Source: a candidate division FCPU426 bacterium (GTDB lineage Bacteria; Oederibacteriota; JAAXVQ01; JAUVAV01). Taken from it: a DNA stretch of 64,000 bases. Made by a program: the position numbers and the translations under genes. How positions within the stretch are numbered: position 1 is the first letter of the stretch; the number at the start of each line of letters is the position of its first letter. The stretch is taken from contig JBFLYH010000002.1 of assembly GCA_040756875.1 (NCBI GenBank), forward strand, positions 703,078 through 767,077. The letters are read 5' to 3'. Under the pieces are notes generated by a model. That model did no database searches, was not told the origin of the DNA, and saw only the letters and a list, made by a program, of their open reading frames with translations. Shown here one piece after another: positions 60,079 through 64,000 of this stretch.

Positions 60079-60620
60079 AGCTGGCCGGGCTTGGCCTTCA
60101 GCGCCGCAATGTCCGCCTCGAACACGCTTTTATCCCGGTATCCGACGTAACTCTTGTAAATCCGCCCTTCCTGGTCCAACACCAAGGTGTGCGGAATCCC
60201 GCGCAAGCCCACATACCGGGCGATTTCTTCGCTGCCCCAATAGAGGTCGTAGTTGATCTTCAGCTCCTGGGCAAAGGCTTTTACTTGCTCAGCCGGCGCC
60301 TGGTCGAACGACAGTCCCACCACGGCCATTACATCACGGTGTTCCTGTTGCAGTTCAACAAAGTGGGGAATTTCCATGCGGCAAGGCGGGCACCAGGTGG
60401 CGAACAAATCCAGAATCACGATTTTGCCGCGGTATTGCTTCAACTCCGCGTTCTGGCCGTCCAAGGTGCGCACCGTGAAATCCGGAAAGCGCTGCGTCTC
60501 TTGGGCAGCCGCCGGCTTGCTATCGACATTGCCGGCCGGCCCGGGCTGTTCCGCGCCTTGGCAGCCTGCCAGCCACCAGGCGCCTGCCAACAGGACGGCA
60601 AGCAGAATGTTTCGCTTCAT
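60075..60620 (-). CDS. TlpA-family thiol-disulfide oxidoreductase lipoprotein
   Basis: LAGC lipobox, FATWCPPC, GIP. Confidence 0.9.
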   Translation of the reverse strand: MKRNILLAVLLAGAWWLAGCQGAEQPGPAGNVDSKPAAAQETQRFPDFTVRTLDGQNAELKQYRGKIVILDLFATWCPPCRMEIPHFVELQQEHRDVMAVVGLSFDQAPAEQVKAFAQELKINYDLYWGSEEIARYVGLRGIPHTLVLDQEGRIYKSYVGYRDKSVFEADIAALKAKPGQL

Positions 60621-60644
60621 GGGAGTCTCCTTCCTTAACTTTAA

Positions 60645-60809
60645 TTACGCGGCCAGCAGAGCGCCCAGTCCGGCGCCATAAAGCGTGGCCAGCCAGGGCG
60701 AACTCCAAATCGGACAGGCGCCGCTGGCGCAACCGACAAACCGGTATAGGAGGAATCCGGTCCCCGCGCCCAATCCGGCGCCGATGGCGAGTTTCACGAT
60801 CTGAGGCAT
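60645..60809 (-). CDS. small membrane protein, DUF6132-like (54 aa, absent from the ORF track)
   Basis: MPQIVKLAIGAGLGAGTGFLLYRFVGCASGACPIWSSPWLATLYGAGLGALLAA; AAGGAG RBS. Confidence 0.8.
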   Translation of the reverse strand: MPQIVKLAIGAGLGAGTGFLLYRFVGCASGACPIWSSPWLATLYGAGLGALLAA

Positions 60810-60818
60810 GCCTGCTCC

Positions 60819-61148
60819 TTACTTTTTGGCCAATGCCTGGTCGATTTCGGACAACAGCAGGGGTTTGGGGCGCAAGCCCACCCAGCTAGCCAGCCGTTTG
60901 CCGCCGGAAAACAGCAGCAGCGTGGGAATGCTCATAATGGTAAACCGTTCGGCCAATTCCTGGGCGCGGTCCACATTGACTTTCACAATCTTGACCCCTG
61001 GCCGCTCTCGGGCGATTTCTTCCAAAATCGGAGCCACCATGCGGCAAGGCGCGCACCAGTCGGCGTAAAAATCGACCAAAATCGTGCCCGCTGCCTGCTC
61101 TACTTCCTGGGTAAACTGTTCGCTGGTTATGTCGACGGCCATTTCCAA
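60819..61148 (-). CDS. trxA: thioredoxin
   Basis: VDFYADWCAPC, SIPT. Confidence 0.9.
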   Translation of the reverse strand: MEMAVDITSEQFTQEVEQAAGTILVDFYADWCAPCRMVAPILEEIARERPGVKIVKVNVDRAQELAERFTIMSIPTLLLFSGGKRLASWVGLRPKPLLLSEIDQALAKK

Positions 61149-61203
61149 TCCTCCTCGCCATGATGAGTGATCCTGCTTCCGGGTGCGGGATTCCCCGTCC
61201 CGG

Positions 61204-61515
61204 CTAGGATTCTGAGTTCGCGACCCACTGGCACAGCATTTCCAGCAACTGCTTGACCTGAGGGTCAGTCACCTGATAGCAAATCTGCTTTCCCCGGCGT
61301 TGGGCGCTCACCAGTCCGGCCCGCCGCAGCCGGTGAAGGTGCTGCGACGCCAGAGGCTGGCTGATGCGCAATTGCCGCCAGATCTTGTCCACGTGGCATT
61401 CCTGCTGGCACAAACCGAGCAGCATCTGCAGGCGAACCGGGTGCGCCATAGCCCTCATTTTTTCCGCCAGCCGCACCTGCACCTGGCGGCGGGTGGTCTT
61501 CTCGTTAGGTTTCAT
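61204..61515 (-). CDS. ArsR/SmtB-family transcriptional regulator
   Basis: MAHPVRLQM, SQPLASQHL..LR, RRGKQICY. Confidence 0.9.
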   Translation of the reverse strand: MKPNEKTTRRQVQVRLAEKMRAMAHPVRLQMLLGLCQQECHVDKIWRQLRISQPLASQHLHRLRRAGLVSAQRRGKQICYQVTDPQVKQLLEMLCQWVANSES

Positions 61516-61519
61516 GGTT

Positions 61520-61551
61520 ATTATATAACATATTGTTTATATAATTGTCAA
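61520..61551 (-). promoter_or_regulatory. ArsR-type operator overlapping promoter
   Basis: ATTATATAA-CATATTGT-TTATATAAT inverted repeat beside minus-strand TTGACA, immediately before the ATG. Confidence 0.65.
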
Positions 61552-61559
61552 CGAATATT

Positions 61560-63290
61560 TTAGGCGTGGCGGGCCCGCAGGAGGGCTTCCACCTCTCCGG
61601 CTGTGGACAGGCGCAGGCTCGCGGCCGCCAATTCACGGCAGGCATCCAGGTGCAACCGGGTAATGGCCTGGGCCAGGTCGGGCAATAATACGGGCGCTAC
61701 AGAGAATTCGCGGTATCCCAGCCCCAGCAGAAGCGGAAGGTAGCGGGGGTCTCCGGCGATTTCCCCACAGATGCTGATGGTCTTCCCGGCTGCGGCCGCG
61801 GCCTGGGCCAGGCGGTTAAGCAGGGAAAGAATCACCGGCGCCGTGGAGCGGTAGTACGGCTGCAGCCGCTCGGAGGTGCGGTCCGCCACCATCACGTACT
61901 GCACCAGGTCGTTGGTGCCGACCGAAAGGAAGTCAGCTTCCGGCAACAGAATCTCCGGAAGCACGGCCGCGGCCGGCGTTTCGATCATGGCGCCGACCGG
62001 CACCTTCGGATCGTGCGGCACCTTGGCTGCCGACAGGATTTGTATTTGTTCGGCCACGAGCGTGCGTACCTGGCGCAATTCCTCCACGCCGCTGACCATG
62101 GGCAGCAGGATGCGGGCCGGGCCGTGGGCGCCGGCCCGCAGGATGGCGCGCAACTGGGCGGCGAAGACTTTTTGGTAGGCAAGCGACAGGCGCAGGGAAC
62201 GCCATCCCAGCACGCACGTCGGCTGCGGTTCCACGGGGTTTTCGAAGTCAAAATGCTTGTCCTCGCCGATGTCCAAAGTGCGGATGGTCACGGGATGCGG
62301 CGCCATCATTTCCACCACGTGGCGGTACGCCTGATACTGGGCGTCCTCGTTTAAAAATTCTCCCCGATCCATGAATAAAAATTCGGTGCGCAGCAGCCCC
62401 ACACCCAACGCACCCAGCCGGCGGGCTTCCTCGGCTTCAAATTCGCGGGTGAGGTTGGCCGCGAGGATCACTTCGGTGCCGTCCGCGGTGCGAACCGTCT
62501 GGGCAGGACGCTGAGGTTCGGCCGCGCCCTGCCGGACGGAAATATCCTGGCGGGCGGCGGCGATCTCCTTGGCCGTCGGCTCGGTAAGCACCTGCCCGGC
62601 CGTGCCGTCCACCACGACCAGCGTTCCGGCTTGCAGGCGGGTAAGGGCCTGCGGCACACTGACCACGGCCGGCAGTTTGAGGGAACGGGCCAGGATGGCG
62701 GCGTGGGAAGACACTCCGCCATGCTCGGTGATGAAGGCGGCCACGTGCTGGCGGTGAAAATGCACCGTGTCCGACGGCATTAACTCCCTCGCCACCAGGA
62801 TGATCTGTTCCCCTTCGTCCAGGGTGCATTGGCGCTGGTAGGAGATCAAATTGTCCAGAATGCGCCGGCCGATGTCGCGGTAATCGCCGGCCCTTTCCTG
62901 GATATAGGGGTCCGGGATTTTCTGGAAGATCCGGCCGAGGTCCTCGATGACCTCTTCAACCGCAGCCTCCAGATTCACGTTTTTGGTGATCAGCGTTTTT
63001 TCCACCCGGGCGTAAAAAGCGGGATCATCCAGCAACAACCGGTGGGAAGCAAAAATGGCGGCCTCATCCTGCCCCACTTCCTGCTCCACCCGTTCGCGCA
63101 ACTGGCCGATCTGGCGGCGGGAAGCGGCCAGGGCTTCGTCCAGACGCTTAAGCTCGTCGCGCACCTGTTCGGGCTTGATGGCGTAACGAGGAATCGCTTC
63201 AGGATCGTTCCAGAAGCAAACACGTCCCACGGCCAATCCGGGCGAAGCGGGGATGCCGAGAATGAGGCCCGGCTTCTCGCTGATGCTCAC
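61560..63290 (-). CDS. ptsI: phosphoenolpyruvate-protein phosphotransferase (PTS enzyme I)
   Basis: GGVSSHAAILAR phospho-His, GLLRTEF, RTLDIG, MIETP, GTNDL, CGE. Confidence 0.93.
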   Translation of the reverse strand: MSISEKPGLILGIPASPGLAVGRVCFWNDPEAIPRYAIKPEQVRDELKRLDEALAASRRQIGQLRERVEQEVGQDEAAIFASHRLLLDDPAFYARVEKTLITKNVNLEAAVEEVIEDLGRIFQKIPDPYIQERAGDYRDIGRRILDNLISYQRQCTLDEGEQIILVARELMPSDTVHFHRQHVAAFITEHGGVSSHAAILARSLKLPAVVSVPQALTRLQAGTLVVVDGTAGQVLTEPTAKEIAAARQDISVRQGAAEPQRPAQTVRTADGTEVILAANLTREFEAEEARRLGALGVGLLRTEFLFMDRGEFLNEDAQYQAYRHVVEMMAPHPVTIRTLDIGEDKHFDFENPVEPQPTCVLGWRSLRLSLAYQKVFAAQLRAILRAGAHGPARILLPMVSGVEELRQVRTLVAEQIQILSAAKVPHDPKVPVGAMIETPAAAVLPEILLPEADFLSVGTNDLVQYVMVADRTSERLQPYYRSTAPVILSLLNRLAQAAAAAGKTISICGEIAGDPRYLPLLLGLGYREFSVAPVLLPDLAQAITRLHLDACRELAAASLRLSTAGEVEALLRARHA

Positions 63291-63943
63291 AAACCGCCTC
63301 CGGTCACCATGGACAGCACTTTATCCACGAATTGCGGTTCGGGCATGGCACCCTCGAATGAACCCAGTCCCTCCACCACGGTCTTGGGAACGCCCATTAC
63401 CTGTTCCTTGACGGTCAGATACGGAAACTCCGACGATTCGATCATGTCCGCCGTGATCAGCGGACTGGCCACGGCCAGCTGGTGCGCCATGTGCACCGCG
63501 CTCGGGCAGTAGGGGCAGGTCAGGGTGACGAACACCTTCAAATGAATCGGCTTGGTGATGGCGCCGAGTTTCTGCAGCGAAGCCGGCGAGAGGTCCGGTT
63601 TTCCTTGGGCAACCAGTTTGATCGCCGAGAGCAGGGAGGTGAATTCATACCCGGCCGGAACGCCGTAAAATCTCACCCCGTAATCCTGGGTGCCCACCAC
63701 GGCCAGAGCCGGGATTTTATCGATTTTATATTTTTGCACCGCCTCTTTGTCGAGCACGAAGTCGTGAACCTCAAGCTTGACTTTCTGCGGCGCCAGCTGG
63801 GAGATCTCCTCGGCCAACTGGTGGTTCTCCCGGCAGTACTGGCATTCCAATTGCTGCGTAAACACATGCAAGGTCACCGGCTGGGGTAAAGCCTCCAGCA
63901 GGGGTTTCACCTGTTTTTGAACTTCGGAATCCAAGAGCGGCAT
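63287..63943 (-). CDS. protein disulfide oxidoreductase (two thioredoxin folds, AhpF-NTD/PDO-like)
   Basis: CQYC and CPYC motifs, GVPAGYEFTS. Confidence 0.88.
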   Translation of the reverse strand: MPLLDSEVQKQVKPLLEALPQPVTLHVFTQQLECQYCRENHQLAEEISQLAPQKVKLEVHDFVLDKEAVQKYKIDKIPALAVVGTQDYGVRFYGVPAGYEFTSLLSAIKLVAQGKPDLSPASLQKLGAITKPIHLKVFVTLTCPYCPSAVHMAHQLAVASPLITADMIESSEFPYLTVKEQVMGVPKTVVEGLGSFEGAMPEPQFVDKVLSMVTGGGL

Positions 63944-64000
63944 GGGACACCTCCAGAGAATGTTTTCTTCTGCCTTGCCTGCGGAATGCCACGAAACCTG

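Overview
64-kb window of a GC-rich, probably diderm bacterium. Thr/Pro-linker proteins with C-terminal sorting domains, a PorV-like gene, DUF1844 and DUF3467 suggest a poorly studied lineage such as candidate division FCPU426 or relatives (tentative). Most genes are on the minus strand. In order: (1) a 55-bp tandem repeat and the housekeeping run cdaR-cdaA-folP-ftsH-tilS-spermidine-synthase-like-yitJ; (2) an AT-rich islet with an AAA+ ATPase/S8 protease (IetAS-like) pair and hicAB, next to tRNA-Met, whose 3' end is duplicated 173 bp downstream; (3) a regulatory module of hybrid kinase, FlgM-like, NtrC-like activator, sigma-28 and a receiver protein, with readable sigma-54 and sigma-28 promoters that appear to close a feedback loop, plus a second consensus sigma-28 promoter before ftsH; (4) TPR-PBP, SDR, epimerase, thpR, DUF1844, cinA; (5) a type II FAS/PKS-like cluster (ACP, two KS/CLF pairs, FabZ-like, FabG, PlsC-like) around three tandem divergent Lnt-like N-acyltransferases, linked to NfeD/SPFH by gene overlap and a duplicated 39-bp promoter, which is the best candidate for an undescribed system; (6) a DPPR-synthase-like UbiA gene with a 1543-aa GT-C/DUF2298 protein; (7) two large secreted repeat proteins, mscL and a PorV-like-FN3 gene; (8) an ArsR/thioredoxin operon, ptsI and a disulfide oxidoreductase. 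All assignments come from reading motifs by eye; no searches were run.
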